A stretch of DNA of 64,000 nt from Anaeromyxobacteraceae bacterium (GTDB taxonomy: Bacteria > Myxococcota > Myxococcia > Myxococcales > Anaeromyxobacteraceae), in the NCBI GenBank assembly GCA_047602405.1, contig JASGHJ010000001.1:672001-736000 (forward strand), read 5' to 3'. Below, piece by piece: positions 11,572 through 22,089 of this stretch. A program made the translations under genes and the position numbers. Within the stretch, counting starts at the first letter, position 1. The number at the start of each line of letters is the position of its first letter. Below the pieces are notes generated by a model. It was not told where the DNA came from, did not search any database, and saw nothing but the letters and a program-made list of their open reading frames with translations.

Positions 11572-11601
11572 CGTATACGATCCGCGGCGCCCCCCTGTCA
11601 A
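11572..11601 (-). promoter_or_regulatory. Sigma70-like promoter of rplU-rpmA-obgE
   Basis: TTGACA-N18-TATACG on the minus strand. Confidence 0.55.
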
Positions 11602-11679
11602 GAAGTCCAGGCAGTACAGGGATTTCGGGCGCTTACCGCGCCGTGTCCGGCACCCGCGGGATCGGCCAGGATCCTGATC

Positions 11680-12150
11680 CTACAGTCCAAAATGGGCGGG
11701 CGAGAGCTTCTTCCAGTCGCAGTACTCGCGGAGCTCCTTCTTCACGAGCCCCCACGTCAGCGCGATCGCGAGCATGTCGTCCGTCCAGCCGAGCGGGACG
11801 AGGAAGTCCGGGATGAGGTCGATCGGCGAGAGCACGTAAGCCACCCCCGCCAGGATCGCGGCGATCGCCTTCCACGGCACCTTGCGGTAGCTGCCCTGCC
11901 AGTAGTCCTTCAGGATCATCCCCAGGAGCCGCAGCTTCGCCCACAGGTTCGCCGGGCCCGCCTTCGCGTACCAGGGCGGCGAGGCGAGGAAGCCCTCCAC
12001 CGCGGCGGCCTTCTCGCCCACCTCGCGCGGGGTCACGTCCTCGGCCTCCCGGGCGAGCGAGCTCGCGGCGGCGTCGCGGCACGACAGGCACTCGGCGTTC
12101 GAGCCGAGGGTGCGCTTGCAGGCGGGGCAGATCGGCTTCGGCTTCGGCAT
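11680..12150 (-). CDS. YkvA/DUF1232 family protein with N-terminal CxxC...CxxC motif
   Basis: [21 protein letters not shown] signature; N-terminal CPAC...CLSC. Confidence 0.85.
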   Translation of the reverse strand: MPKPKPICPACKRTLGSNAECLSCRDAAASSLAREAEDVTPREVGEKAAAVEGFLASPPWYAKAGPANLWAKLRLLGMILKDYWQGSYRKVPWKAIAAILAGVAYVLSPIDLIPDFLVPLGWTDDMLAIALTWGLVKKELREYCDWKKLSPAHFGL

Positions 12151-12193
12151 GGGATCGGAATCCTACCGCCGGCGCCCGCCGCCGGGCAGTGCA

Positions 12194-13108
12194 TCAGCCC
12201 CGCCGGGGCCTGCGGTACACGCCGGGCGGGAGGTCCTGCTCGCCGGTGGGGCCGACGTCGACCACGTCGTGGAAGCGGCGGTAGTCGATGGTCTGCCGGC
12301 CGGTGCGCTCGTCGGTCTGCACGATCTCCCGGAAGCGCGCGTCCCAGCGGATGCGCGGCGCCGGGTAGACGTGCCGCGCGTGGATCATCGAGAGCCGCTG
12401 CTCGTCGTAGCCGTTGAGCGTCACGACGATCTCGGCCTCGCGCGCGGCGAGCGTCGCCTCCGACTCGTTCCGGAGCGGGCTGTCGTGGTCGAGGTAGTGC
12501 ACCGCGGTCCAGGCATGCGTGAAGAGCACCGTGCCGCCGCGCGAGAGCGCGAGGTCGTGCGCGCGGCGGGTGGTGTGGCCCTCCTCGTCCGGCTCGTCCC
12601 AGATGAGCAGCGCCGCGACCTTCGCCTGCACGATGTGGCTCGTGCGCTCGTTCGCCATGCGGAACATGAGCGCGCGCCCCGCGGCCGCCGGCCCCACCAC
12701 CGCGACCTCGCTCCAGAGCACGCGGGCCCGCGGCAAGGAGAACTTGCCGAAGATGATGCCCGCGCCCACGCCGACCTCGAGCCAGCGGACGAAGCCCTCG
12801 AGCGAGGTGATGGTCCCGTTGAGGAGCCACGCCCCGCTGAGCGGCGGCGCGGCCTCGGGCGGCGCCTGCAGCGCGGCGAGGAGCGACGCCAAGAGCGCGC
12901 CGGCGTCGATGCGCTTCGCGGCGAGGAGGAGGTGCGCGAGCGCGAACACCGCCTGCGTGCCGAACCAGACGAGCGCGTACGTGACGACGAGGCGGGTCCA
13001 GGAGCCGGTGACGAGCGTGTGGTAGGCGTCCGCGAGCGGGCGGCGGCGGAGGCCGACCACGCGCGAGGTGCGCGCGCCGAAGACCCGGGTGCTCTCGATC
13101 TCGGCCAT
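12194..13108 (-). CDS. KirBac-like inward-rectifier channel homolog lacking the TxGYG filter
   Basis: Slide helix [56 protein letters not shown]. Confidence 0.8.
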   Translation of the reverse strand: MAEIESTRVFGARTSRVVGLRRRPLADAYHTLVTGSWTRLVVTYALVWFGTQAVFALAHLLLAAKRIDAGALLASLLAALQAPPEAAPPLSGAWLLNGTITSLEGFVRWLEVGVGAGIIFGKFSLPRARVLWSEVAVVGPAAAGRALMFRMANERTSHIVQAKVAALLIWDEPDEEGHTTRRAHDLALSRGGTVLFTHAWTAVHYLDHDSPLRNESEATLAAREAEIVVTLNGYDEQRLSMIHARHVYPAPRIRWDARFREIVQTDERTGRQTIDYRRFHDVVDVGPTGEQDLPPGVYRRPRRG

Positions 13109-13120
13109 GCCCGCCCGAGC

Positions 13121-15292
13121 TTACCGCACCTCCACCTCCAGCGAAGGCGCCCAGGCGGCCGAGCCGCCGTTCTTCTCGAGGCTGCAGTAGGGCGTCGTCT
13201 GGTCCTGGTAGTCCCACTGCTGGTCGTTCCAGGTGGGGATGCGGTCGACGATCGGCGACTGCCCGACGTAGAGCCCGTTCTGCGCCCAGGTGCCGGACAC
13301 CCAGTTCTTCACGATCGTGGTGACGTCCCAGGCCTGCGCGCCCGCCGCGGTGGGCGCCGGCACCCACCACGAGCCCGCGGCGTAGATCTGCGGCAGCGTC
13401 CGGAAGGTGACGGTGGCCGGGTTCCACGCGGACGCGAGCGCCCAGACCTGGTAGCGGGCGTCGTCCACCGGGTGCGGGGCGAGGCCGCACGGCCACATCA
13501 CGAGCGCCGCGCTGACCACGGTCTTGCCGGCGAGCGCGGCGGTGTCGAAGCGGAGCGCCGTGCCCGCGCAGTTGTGGTGGAGGCCCTGCCCGCCCGGGCC
13601 CACCGTCCAGCTGAAGAAGCAGCCGACGGCGTCGTGGTCGTTCGCGGTGTTGACGAGCTCGTTCCCGGGCACCGCGGTGCTCTCCATCACGAACGCGTCG
13701 CCGGTCGCGCGCAGCACGAGGGTGCTCGAGGTCGTGAAGGTGACGACGTTCGACGGCGGGGAGGAGGCGGTCCCCTTCGTCGCGCGCACGCGGAACCCGT
13801 GGGTGGTCCCGGGGGTGAGGCCGGTGACGCCGGTGGAGGTCACCGCGCCGACCCTGAACGCCTCGGTGAACGGCCCCGCCGCGGCGAGCGCGTAGTCCAC
13901 CGCGTAGCCGTCCGCGCCGCTCGCGGCGGTCCAGGCGAGGGCGGCGGTCGTCGCGGTGACGTTCGAGACCGAGAGCCCCGAGGGCGCGCCGACCGCGGCC
14001 GTGGTCGTGGCGGCGTAGGTCGTCGTGTAGAAGCCCGGCGACCAGGTGCCGCCGCCGACCGGCGACGGCGCGAAGAGCGGCAGCGCGCGCAGGCGGTAGT
14101 GGTAGGTGGTCCCCGGCGCGAGGCCGGTGTCGTCCCACGTGGCGTCCGGCGGCGCGCCGAAGACGTAGTTGCCGAGCCGCGCCACCTCCGACCACGGGCC
14201 CGACGCCGAGGCCGCGCGCTCGATGCCGACGCCGCCGCAGACGTTCCAGGTCCACCCCACCCGCACCGAGGTGGTGTAGAGCGCGGTCGCGCTGGTGCCG
14301 TCGAGGCCCGGGCAGATGACCCCGGCGAGGACGGGGCCGTTGTAGATCGTGACCTGCGCCCAGCCCGAGGGCGACGCGCCGTTCACCGCGCGGACGCGGT
14401 ACCAGTTGCCCGCGAGCGGGAGCGGGGACGGGTCGACGTACGAGCTCGCCCCCGCGGCGAGGGCCTGCGTCGCGCCCCAGGTGCTGCCGTCCGGCGAGCG
14501 CTGGACCTCGTAGCCCGTCTCGTCCGTCGCGGCGTCGGTCCAGCCGAGCCGGATGACGACGCTCGAGCCGGCGAGCTCCTGCGCCGCGGCGAGGCCCGTC
14601 GGCGCGGCGGGGGCGGCGGCCGCGGAGGTGGTGCCGGACGCCGCGGCGGCGTAGCCCGAGACGCCCGCGGCGTTCACCGCGCGGACCCGGTAGTGGTACG
14701 TCTGGCCCGCCGCGAGGCCGCCGTCGTCCCAGGCCGAGGCGTTCGCCGCGGCGGTGCCCACGAGGCCGAACGGCCCCTGCGCGGCGATCGCGCGCTCGAT
14801 CTCGAAGCCGGTCTCGTCGGTGGACTGGTCGGCCCAGGCGACGCGCAGCCCGCTCGCGGAGAGGGGCGACACGCTCACCGCCGCGGGCGGCGCGGGCGCG
14901 GCCGGCGCCGACGCCGGCGGCGTCGCGCTCGCCTCGGCGCTCCACGCGGACGGGCCTCCCGCCCCCACCGCGCGGACCCGGTAACGGTACGCCGTCCCGG
15001 TCACGAGCCCGCCGTCGCTGTAGCCGGACGCGGGGGCGGCGGGGCTCGCGAGCGCCGTGAAGGCGCCGCCCGCGCCGGCGGCCCGCTCGAGCTCGTAGCG
15101 GGTGATCGGGTCGGCCGGGGCGGACCAGCCGAGCGCCACGCTCGTCGAGGAGGTGGGCGTGGCGGCGAGGCCGGTCGGGGCCGCCGGCGGGAGGGCGTCC
15201 GGCGTGCCCCCGCCGCCGCCCCCACCACCGCAGGCGCCCGCGGCGAGCGCGAGGCAGGCGAGGACCGTGAGGGGGAGGGAGGGGCGGGGCAT
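13121..15292 (-). CDS. Lipoprotein with multiple fibronectin type III repeats and a C-terminal DNRLRE-like domain
   Basis: Lipobox-like LAAGAC plus poly-Gly; about 5 FN3 repeats (APTGLAA...W...YRVRAVN); C-terminal ATGDAFV...LRFD...[10 protein letters not shown]...NGL...PSLEV. Confidence 0.8.
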   Translation of the reverse strand: MPRPSLPLTVLACLALAAGACGGGGGGGGTPDALPPAAPTGLAATPTSSTSVALGWSAPADPITRYELERAAGAGGAFTALASPAAPASGYSDGGLVTGTAYRYRVRAVGAGGPSAWSAEASATPPASAPAAPAPPAAVSVSPLSASGLRVAWADQSTDETGFEIERAIAAQGPFGLVGTAAANASAWDDGGLAAGQTYHYRVRAVNAAGVSGYAAAASGTTSAAAAPAAPTGLAAAQELAGSSVVIRLGWTDAATDETGYEVQRSPDGSTWGATQALAAGASSYVDPSPLPLAGNWYRVRAVNGASPSGWAQVTIYNGPVLAGVICPGLDGTSATALYTTSVRVGWTWNVCGGVGIERAASASGPWSEVARLGNYVFGAPPDATWDDTGLAPGTTYHYRLRALPLFAPSPVGGGTWSPGFYTTTYAATTTAAVGAPSGLSVSNVTATTAALAWTAASGADGYAVDYALAAAGPFTEAFRVGAVTSTGVTGLTPGTTHGFRVRATKGTASSPPSNVVTFTTSSTLVLRATGDAFVMESTAVPGNELVNTANDHDAVGCFFSWTVGPGGQGLHHNCAGTALRFDTAALAGKTVVSAALVMWPCGLAPHPVDDARYQVWALASAWNPATVTFRTLPQIYAAGSWWVPAPTAAGAQAWDVTTIVKNWVSGTWAQNGLYVGQSPIVDRIPTWNDQQWDYQDQTTPYCSLEKNGGSAAWAPSLEVEVR

Positions 15293-15303
15293 GGCGGGGC
15301 TCC

Positions 15304-15386
15304 GAGGCAGGGGAGGAACGCCCTCGACTCTTTCAGGGCCCCTTCCCGCGCGGGAGGGCCGCTGCCCCGAATCCCGCTGGGCCACC
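15304..15386 (-). promoter_or_regulatory. Conserved upstream element, copy A (putative MocR-regulated promoter)
   Basis: Minus strand GGTGGCCCAG...AGCGGCCCTCCCG (23-bp period), then TCGAGG 28 nt after the second repeat and CTCCCCTGCCTC; same layout as 22003-22079. Confidence 0.6.
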
Positions 15387-15470
15387 ACCCGCGCGAGCAG
15401 GTAGGGCCTCGACCCACATCGTGCGTGGCGCACGGCTTCCCGGCGGGTTCCACGCTAGAGTTCCCTCTCC

Positions 15471-16910
15471 GTGTCACCGCCCATCCCCACGATCGTGCTC
15501 GAGCCCGGGTCCGAGCGGCCCGTGTACCTCCAGATCGCGCACGCGCTCATGGCGGAGATCCACCGCGGGCGGTTCCAGCCCGGCGACGCGCTCCCCGGCT
15601 ACCGCACGCTCGCGAACGAGCTCGGCGTCTCGCGCAACACGGTGATGGCCGCCTACCGCGAGCTCGCGGCGGAGGGCTGGCTCGTGGCGGCGCCCGGCGA
15701 GGGCAGCCAGGTCGCGCCCAGCCCGCCGCAGCGGCTGCCGGGCAAGACGCCGTCGAGCGGCGGCATGGGCTTCGACCTCCACCGCGGCCCCGACCCCGCC
15801 GCGCCGGACGCCGCGCGCAACCTGCTCCGCGTCGCGACCGGCAACCCGGACCCGCGCCTGCTGCCCGGGGCGGCGCTCGCGCGCGCCTACCGGCGTGCGC
15901 TCACCGTGAACCCCCGCGGCACGCTCGCGGTGGACGACCCGCAGGGCCTGCCGGCGCTGCGCGAGGCGCTCGCACGGTCGCTCCGCGAGGGTCGCGGCAT
16001 GGCCGCCTCGCCGGAGCGGCTCGTGGTCACCCGCGGCGGACAGATGCCGCTCGCGCTCGTGGCGCACGCGCTCCTCGGCCCCGGCGACGCCGTCGCGGTC
16101 GAGGCGCTCGGCGGGCGCGACAGCTGGGAGGCCTGCGTCCGCGCCGGCGCGCGCTGCCTGCCCGTGCCGGTGGACGCGGGCGGGCTCGACGTGGACGCGC
16201 TCGAGGCGCTGCTCGCGACCGAGCGGCTGCGGGCGGTGCTCGTCACGCCGGTGCGCCAGTACCCGACCGTCGTCGCCCTCGCGCCCGACCGGCGCGAGCG
16301 GCTGCTCGCGCTCGCCGCGCGCCACCGCATCGCGATCCTGGAGTCGGATCACGACTCCGAGTTCCAGTTCGACGGCGCCGCGCCGCCGCCGCTCGCCGCG
16401 CAGGACGCCGCCGGCGTGGTGGTGCACGTCGGCTCGCTCTCGAAGGTCTTCAGCCCGGGCCTGCGCCTCGGGTTCGTCCACGCGCCGAAGCCCCTCGTCG
16501 CGGAGCTGCGCTCGGCGCGCGACGCGCTCGACCGGCACGGCGACCCGGCGCTCGAGCGCGCCATGGCGGAGCTGCTCGAGGACGGCGAGATCGGCCGGCA
16601 CCTCAACCGCATGCACCAGGTCTACCGCCACCGGCGCGACGTCCTCGCCGGCGCGCTCCGCCAGCACCTCGGCGACGCGCTCGAGGTCGAGGTGCCCGCC
16701 GGCGGGCTCGCGTTCTGGGCGCGCGCCCGGAAGGACCTCGATGTGGACGCCTGGGCGCGCCGGGCGCTCGAGCGCGGCGTGTCGTTCCAGGCGGGGCGGC
16801 AGTTCGCGTTCGACGGCGGGCCCGTGCAGGGGCTGCGGATGGGCTTCTCCTCCTACGACGACGCGGAGCTCGTCGAGGTCGCGCGCCGGATGGGCGAGGC
16901 CCTGCCGTGA
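15471..16910 (+). CDS. MocR/GabR family regulator (GntR wHTH plus PLP-dependent aminotransferase-like domain)
   Basis: PVYLQIA...[63 protein letters not shown] with the PLP lysine retained. Confidence 0.93.
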   Translation: MSPPIPTIVLEPGSERPVYLQIAHALMAEIHRGRFQPGDALPGYRTLANELGVSRNTVMAAYRELAAEGWLVAAPGEGSQVAPSPPQRLPGKTPSSGGMGFDLHRGPDPAAPDAARNLLRVATGNPDPRLLPGAALARAYRRALTVNPRGTLAVDDPQGLPALREALARSLREGRGMAASPERLVVTRGGQMPLALVAHALLGPGDAVAVEALGGRDSWEACVRAGARCLPVPVDAGGLDVDALEALLATERLRAVLVTPVRQYPTVVALAPDRRERLLALAARHRIAILESDHDSEFQFDGAAPPPLAAQDAAGVVVHVGSLSKVFSPGLRLGFVHAPKPLVAELRSARDALDRHGDPALERAMAELLEDGEIGRHLNRMHQVYRHRRDVLAGALRQHLGDALEVEVPAGGLAFWARARKDLDVDAWARRALERGVSFQAGRQFAFDGGPVQGLRMGFSSYDDAELVEVARRMGEALP

Positions 16911-19900
16911 GCACCGAGCTCGCGCCGCTGGACGATCGCCTCGCGCTGAAGGGGCTGCTCGGCGAGGGCGGCATGGGCCACGTGCACCGCGCCTTCGACC
17001 GGAGCCTCGAGCGCGCCGTCGCCGTGAAGTTCCTGCGCGGGGACGATCCGCGAGAGACCGAGCGGCTCGTGCTCGAGGCGCGCCTGCAGGCGCGGGTCGA
17101 GCACGAGAACGTGGTGCGGGTGCATGCCGTCGGCACCCTCGGCGGCCGTCCGTGCCTCGTGCTCCAGCTCGTGGAGGGCCGGACGCTCGCCGAGCTCGCG
17201 ACGGGCCTGCCCCTCGCGACCCGGGTCGAGCTCGTGCGCCAGGCGGCGCTCGGGCTCCACGCCGCGCACCAGCAGGGGCTCGTGCACCGCGACGTGAAGC
17301 CCGGCAACGTGCTCGTGGAGGAGGGCCCCGGCGCGCCGGTGGCGCGGCTCGGGGACTTCGGCCTCGCCCACGGCGAGGAGGGCGGGCTCACCCGCTCCGG
17401 GTTTCCCGCCGGCACGCTCGAGTACATGGCGCCCGAGCAGCTCGCCGGGACCGGCCCCGCGGACTTCCGCGCCGACGTCTACGCGCTCGGGGCGACGCTC
17501 TACGCGGTGCTCGCCGGGAGGCCGCCGTTCGGCGCTGCAGGGGGCCTGGCCCCCTCCCCGTCGGGGCACCTCGCGCGCGGCGCCGGGAGGTCGGACCCCT
17601 CGAGCCTGCTCCGCGGCATCCTCTCGCAGGACCCGCCGCCGCTCGGCGCCGCGGCGCCCCCCGAGCTCGCCCTCGTCGCCGCCCGCGCGATGGAGAAGGA
17701 GCCCGCGGCCCGCTACCCCTCCGCGCTCGCGCTCGCCGAGGACCTCGGCCGCTTCCAGCGCGGCGAGCCGGTGCTCGCGCGTCCCCCCTCCCTCGGGGAG
17801 CGGGCGGCGAAGTGGGCCCGCCGCAACCCCGCCGCCGCGCGGGCGGTGGCGGTGGCGGTCGTGGCGGTGCTGCTCGGGTTCGGCTGGGCGGCCCTGGCCG
17901 AGCGCCGCGCCGGCCTCGACGCGCTCGAGGCGGCGCGGCTCGGCGCCGATGCCCAGCGGATGGAGAGCGCGCTCCGGGTCGCGCACCTCTCCCCCGCGCA
18001 CGATCTCTCGCCCGTCTACGCCACCATCCGCGCCAAGGTGGACGAGCTCGAGCGCACGACCGGCGCCGCCGGCGCCGCCGCGCGGGCCTTCGCGGTCGGC
18101 CGCGGGCTCCAGCTCCTGCGCGCCGCCGAGCCCGCCCGCGCCGCGCTCGAGCAGGCCTGGTCGCTCGGGTTCCGGCGCCCCGAGGCGGCGCTCGCGCTCG
18201 GCCTGCTCGACGGCGAGCGCTACGCCCGCGAGCGCCAGCAGCTCCCGCGCATCGACGACGCGCGGCGAAAGGACGCGTGGATCGCCGAGCTGCGCGCGCG
18301 CTTCCGCGAGCCCGCGGTCGCGCGCCTGCGGCTCGCCGCGGCCTCCACTGCCGCCGACCGGGCGCTGCTCGAGGCCCGGATCGCGCTCGTGGAGGAGCGC
18401 CACCTCGAGGCGGCGACGCTCGCGCGGCAGGCCCGGGAGGCCGGCGCGGATCCGCTCGAGGCGAGCACCCTCGAGGGCGAGGCCTTCTTGGGCCGCGCGC
18501 TCGAGCTCTACGAGGTGCGGGACCTCGACGGGACCCTCGCGCCGCTCGCGCAGGCCGTGACGGCGCTCCGCCGCGCCGCGGAGATCGGCCGCAGCGCGCC
18601 GCGGCCCAGGCTCCTGCTCGCCCAGGCGCTCATGCACGAGCAGACGGCCCTGCAGCAGCGCGAGCCCGTCCGGAAGGACCGCTTCGACGAGGCCCTGCGG
18701 GTGCTCGACGAGGGGCTCGCGCTCGACGCGTCGGACCCGGAGCTCCTGGTCGCGCGCTCGGAGATCGTCGCCGAGCAGGGCCGGATCGCCCGGCAGCTCG
18801 GCGTCGACCCCGGCCCGTTCCTCGTCGAGGCCGTGCGCGCCGCCGACGCCGCGACCCGCGCCGCGCCCGCGGACCGCAGCGCGTGGGAGCGCCTCGCCTG
18901 GGCCTGCCTGAACTACGCGCGCGAGCTGCGCGACGCGCGGTACGAGGTCGACTGGGCCTGGGAGAAGGGGATCGCCGCGGCGACGCGGGCGGGCGAGCTC
19001 TCCCCCGGGTCGAGCGTGCCGCCGTCGCTCCTCTCCCAGATGCACACCGACCGGGCCGAGACGACCGAGATCCGGGGCGGGGACGCGCGCGCCGACATCG
19101 ACGCCGCGCTGGTCGCCGCCCGCCGGGTCGCCGACATCGGCGACCGCCCGATGGTCTCGAAGGTGCTCCTCGGGCTCGCGCTCCGGCAGGACGCGACCTC
19201 GCGCTGGTCGCGCGGCGAGGACCCCGACCCGCGCTTCTCGGAGGCCGTGCGGGTCATGGGGGAGGCCTGGAGGTACTCCGAGGGCCAGGCGGCGCAGGCC
19301 GGCCACGGCGTGCAGATCGCGGTCCTCTGGGCGGAGGCCGCGCTGCTCGAGGGGCGTGCCCCCACGGCCGCGCTCACCGCGGTCGTGCCCTGGGCGGCGA
19401 CCCTCGCGGCCCGGGTGGACTCCGACGCGATCGCCGCCGCGCAGCTCGCCGAGCTCGCCACGCTGCAGGTGCAGGCGAAGGTCCTCGCCGGCGAGGACCC
19501 GGCCGGCGACCTCGCGCGCGCGGTGCCGCTCGTCGAGCGGGTGGTGAGGTCCGGCGTGTACCCGCCGATGCGCGGCCGCCTCGCGGAGCTCGAGCTCCAC
19601 CGGGCGGCGTGGCTCGCCGCCCACGGGGGCGACCCGGCGCCGGCGCTCGCCGCGGCGAGGCGGCACGCCGAGCTCATGAAGGTGGCCGACCCGTCCCTGC
19701 CCGACGGGTGGCGCCTCGAGGTGGAGGCCGTCCTCGCGACGCCGGCGCCGGGGGAGGCCGAGCTCGCCCGCGCGCGCGCCGCCTCCGAGAAGATGCTCGC
19801 GCTCACCCCCGCCGATCCCCGGCTGCTGGCGCTGCGCGGCCACGTCCTCCTCGCGAGCGGCGACCGCGAGGGGGCCCGCGCCGCGCTCGCGAAGGCCGAG

Positions 19901-19954
19901 GAGCGCGGCGCCCGGCTCGCGTGGACGAGGACGCTGCGCGAGAAGCTCCGCTGA
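16907..19954 (+). CDS. Serine/threonine protein kinase with a TM segment and a long helical (TPR-like) C-terminal region
   Basis: GTG overlaps the MocR stop; [36 protein letters not shown]; hydrophobic [15 protein letters not shown]. Confidence 0.92.
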   Translation: MSTELAPLDDRLALKGLLGEGGMGHVHRAFDRSLERAVAVKFLRGDDPRETERLVLEARLQARVEHENVVRVHAVGTLGGRPCLVLQLVEGRTLAELATGLPLATRVELVRQAALGLHAAHQQGLVHRDVKPGNVLVEEGPGAPVARLGDFGLAHGEEGGLTRSGFPAGTLEYMAPEQLAGTGPADFRADVYALGATLYAVLAGRPPFGAAGGLAPSPSGHLARGAGRSDPSSLLRGILSQDPPPLGAAAPPELALVAARAMEKEPAARYPSALALAEDLGRFQRGEPVLARPPSLGERAAKWARRNPAAARAVAVAVVAVLLGFGWAALAERRAGLDALEAARLGADAQRMESALRVAHLSPAHDLSPVYATIRAKVDELERTTGAAGAAARAFAVGRGLQLLRAAEPARAALEQAWSLGFRRPEAALALGLLDGERYARERQQLPRIDDARRKDAWIAELRARFREPAVARLRLAAASTAADRALLEARIALVEERHLEAATLARQAREAGADPLEASTLEGEAFLGRALELYEVRDLDGTLAPLAQAVTALRRAAEIGRSAPRPRLLLAQALMHEQTALQQREPVRKDRFDEALRVLDEGLALDASDPELLVARSEIVAEQGRIARQLGVDPGPFLVEAVRAADAATRAAPADRSAWERLAWACLNYARELRDARYEVDWAWEKGIAAATRAGELSPGSSVPPSLLSQMHTDRAETTEIRGGDARADIDAALVAARRVADIGDRPMVSKVLLGLALRQDATSRWSRGEDPDPRFSEAVRVMGEAWRYSEGQAAQAGHGVQIAVLWAEAALLEGRAPTAALTAVVPWAATLAARVDSDAIAAAQLAELATLQVQAKVLAGEDPAGDLARAVPLVERVVRSGVYPPMRGRLAELELHRAAWLAAHGGDPAPALAAARRHAELMKVADPSLPDGWRLEVEAVLATPAPGEAELARARAASEKMLALTPADPRLLALRGHVLLASGDREGARAALAKAEERGARLAWTRTLREKLR

Positions 19955-20063
19955 GGTCCCGCCGCACGGCGCGCCCGGGCGACGACCCGCCGGGCCCTGC
20001 CCGGACCGCGGCGGACCGGGCGGGTGCCTCGCCCGGACGCCGGGTCGTGTTGACCTTGGGTGG

Positions 20064-21449
20064 ATGCGGTTCCCGATCTCCGGCCTGACCCTCGCGCTGC
20101 TCGCCTGCCACCCCGGCTCGAGCGGCTCGGGAGGGTCGGGCCTCGTCGCCGATCCTCCCCTGCCCGGCCCCGACTGGACCCAGTTCCGCCGCGACCCGCA
20201 CGGCACCTCCGCGGCCTCGGCGCCGCTCACCGCCGACCAGGCCCGCTCGCTCCACGAGGTCTGGAGCCACCCGACCGCGGCGAACCTCTGGTCGCAGCCG
20301 GTCGCGCGGGGCGACACGGTCTGGGTCGCGCTCGCCGGCCCGGGCGGGATCGTCGCGCTCGACGCCGCGACCGGGGCCGAGCGCTGGGCGCGCAAGATCG
20401 AGGCGGTCGTGCAGGCCGACTGCGGCACGCCGGAGCGGCCGGGCACCTGGGGCGCGCCCGCGGTGGACGGCGACACCGTCTACGTCGCGGCGGCGGACGG
20501 GGACCTCCACGCCCTCGACGCCGGGACCGGCGACACCCGCTGGAAGGCCCACGTCGCCGACCCGACCCCGCACGGCGAGCTCATCGAGACCTCGGTCGTG
20601 CTCGCGGGCGGGAAGGCCTGGCTCGGCGTCGCCTCGACCGCGCACTGCGACCAGATCCCGGGCCGCCTCGCGGCCGTCGACCTCGCGACCCACGCGGTCT
20701 CGCAGCGGACGCTCGTTCCGGACGGGCAGCGCGGCGCGGCGGTCTGGGCGAGCCCGGCGGTCGAAGGCGGGCGGGTCTACCTCGCGACCGGCAACGCCGA
20801 GGGCGACCGCACGAAGACGCCGCTCGCGCAGGCGGTGGTCGCGCTCGACGCCGCCAGCCTCGTGCCGCTCGCGTCCTGGCAGAACCCGACCGCGCTCACG
20901 AACGCCGACTTCGGCGGCGCGCCGACGTACTTCGTCGCCGGCGGCAAGGCGATGCTGGCCGCGGCCGCGAAGGACGGCTGGGTCTACGCGTTCGACGCCG
21001 CGCGCATCGGCGACGGCCCGGCCTGGAGGCGCGAGGTCGCGACGGTGGACCCGGCGCACCCCGACGCGGGCGGGGATCCCCTGGCCGGCTTCGGCTCGAT
21101 CGTGCCGCCGGCGTTCTCGGGGGGCCTCCTGTTCCTCGGCGGCGGCCGCACGCCGGGCGGCGACCCGGGCTCGGTCGTCGCGGTCGATCCGGGCACCGGC
21201 GACGTGCGCTGGACGCGGGCGCTGCCGGGGCCGGTGCTGCAGCCCGCGGTGGCTGCGGGCGGCGTGCTCGCGGTCGTGACGACCTGGTTCGACGACCGCG
21301 GCTCGACGCTGCAGCTCCTCGACGCCGGCACCGGCGAGCCGCTGAAGGCGTTCACCTCCGGCGCGCCGTCGCTCGCGCCGCCGACCTGGGCGGGCGGGGC
21401 GCTGTACTGGGCGACCATGGACGGCGTGGTCCACGCGCTCAGGCCTTGA
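20064..21449 (+). CDS. PQQ-like (BamB-type) beta-propeller repeat lipoprotein
   Basis: Lipobox LLAC; repeated ALDAATGAERW, ALDAGTGDTRW and AVDPGTGDVRW motifs. Confidence 0.85.
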   Translation: MRFPISGLTLALLACHPGSSGSGGSGLVADPPLPGPDWTQFRRDPHGTSAASAPLTADQARSLHEVWSHPTAANLWSQPVARGDTVWVALAGPGGIVALDAATGAERWARKIEAVVQADCGTPERPGTWGAPAVDGDTVYVAAADGDLHALDAGTGDTRWKAHVADPTPHGELIETSVVLAGGKAWLGVASTAHCDQIPGRLAAVDLATHAVSQRTLVPDGQRGAAVWASPAVEGGRVYLATGNAEGDRTKTPLAQAVVALDAASLVPLASWQNPTALTNADFGGAPTYFVAGGKAMLAAAAKDGWVYAFDAARIGDGPAWRREVATVDPAHPDAGGDPLAGFGSIVPPAFSGGLLFLGGGRTPGGDPGSVVAVDPGTGDVRWTRALPGPVLQPAVAAGGVLAVVTTWFDDRGSTLQLLDAGTGEPLKAFTSGAPSLAPPTWAGGALYWATMDGVVHALRP

Positions 21450-21451
21450 GC

Positions 21452-21886
21452 TCAGCCCAGCTCCGGGTACAGCACGTGCTCCTCGCGGTGGATGCGCTGG
21501 CGCAGGTCCGCCGCGAGCCCTCCGAGCTCGCCGGCGAGCTTCAGGGCCTCGCCCTCGTGCTCCAGCCGCGCGAAGAAGGCCTCGACCCGCGCCCCGAGCT
21601 CGACCGTCTCCCGCTCGAAGCCGTCGAGCAGGATCCGCAGGTGCGGCCGCGTCCTCGCGAGCTCGCGGAGGCGCGGATAGAGCAGCGCGTCCTCGCGGGC
21701 GAGGTGTCCGACGAGCAGATCGCGCAGGGCCCGGAGCGCGTCGCGCCCGGCTGGCCGCCCCGGCCCGGAGCGCCGGAGCTCGTCGAGCGCGGCGAGGATG
21801 GTGCGGTGTTCTTCGAGGAGGAGCGGGATGTCGAGCGACACGGTTCCCCCCGGGGAGCCCGCGAGGGCCAGCGTCGAGTCTGCCAC
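21452..21886 (-). CDS. Hemerythrin-like (HHE) domain protein
   Basis: LLEEHRTI...HLAREDALLYP...RIHREEHVLYP. Start uncertain. Confidence 0.75.
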   Translation of the reverse strand: MADSTLALAGSPGGTVSLDIPLLLEEHRTILAALDELRRSGPGRPAGRDALRALRDLLVGHLAREDALLYPRLRELARTRPHLRILLDGFERETVELGARVEAFFARLEHEGEALKLAGELGGLAADLRQRIHREEHVLYPELG

Positions 21887-22002
21887 CCCGGTGCTTCAGG
21901 TCAACGGGGTGCGCCGAACCCGGAGCGTGCGCCGCGGCCTCCCGGCGGGCGGGACCGCACCGTGAGGCCGTGCGGCCGTCACCCGCCCGGCGGACGGGCG
22001 CG

Positions 22003-22079
22003 GGTGGCCCAGGCGCTTTCGCGGGAGTGGCCCTCCCGGGGCGCCACGGTTCGCGGCACGTTCGAGGCTCCCCTGCCTC
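22003..22079 (+). promoter_or_regulatory. Conserved upstream element, copy B (putative MocR-regulated promoter)
   Basis: TGGCCC at 22005 and 22028 (23-bp period), TCGAGG at 22062, CTCCCCTGCCTC at 22068-22079. Confidence 0.6.
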
Positions 22080-22089
22080 CGGGAGCACC

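Noticed and set aside
12110..19954. 2614-aa giant ORF
   Set aside because: Only 16907-19954 is the kinase. The 5' part is a stop-free shadow frame over other genes, typical of very high-GC DNA. The same applies to most long Arg/Ala/Pro-rich ORFs in the track.
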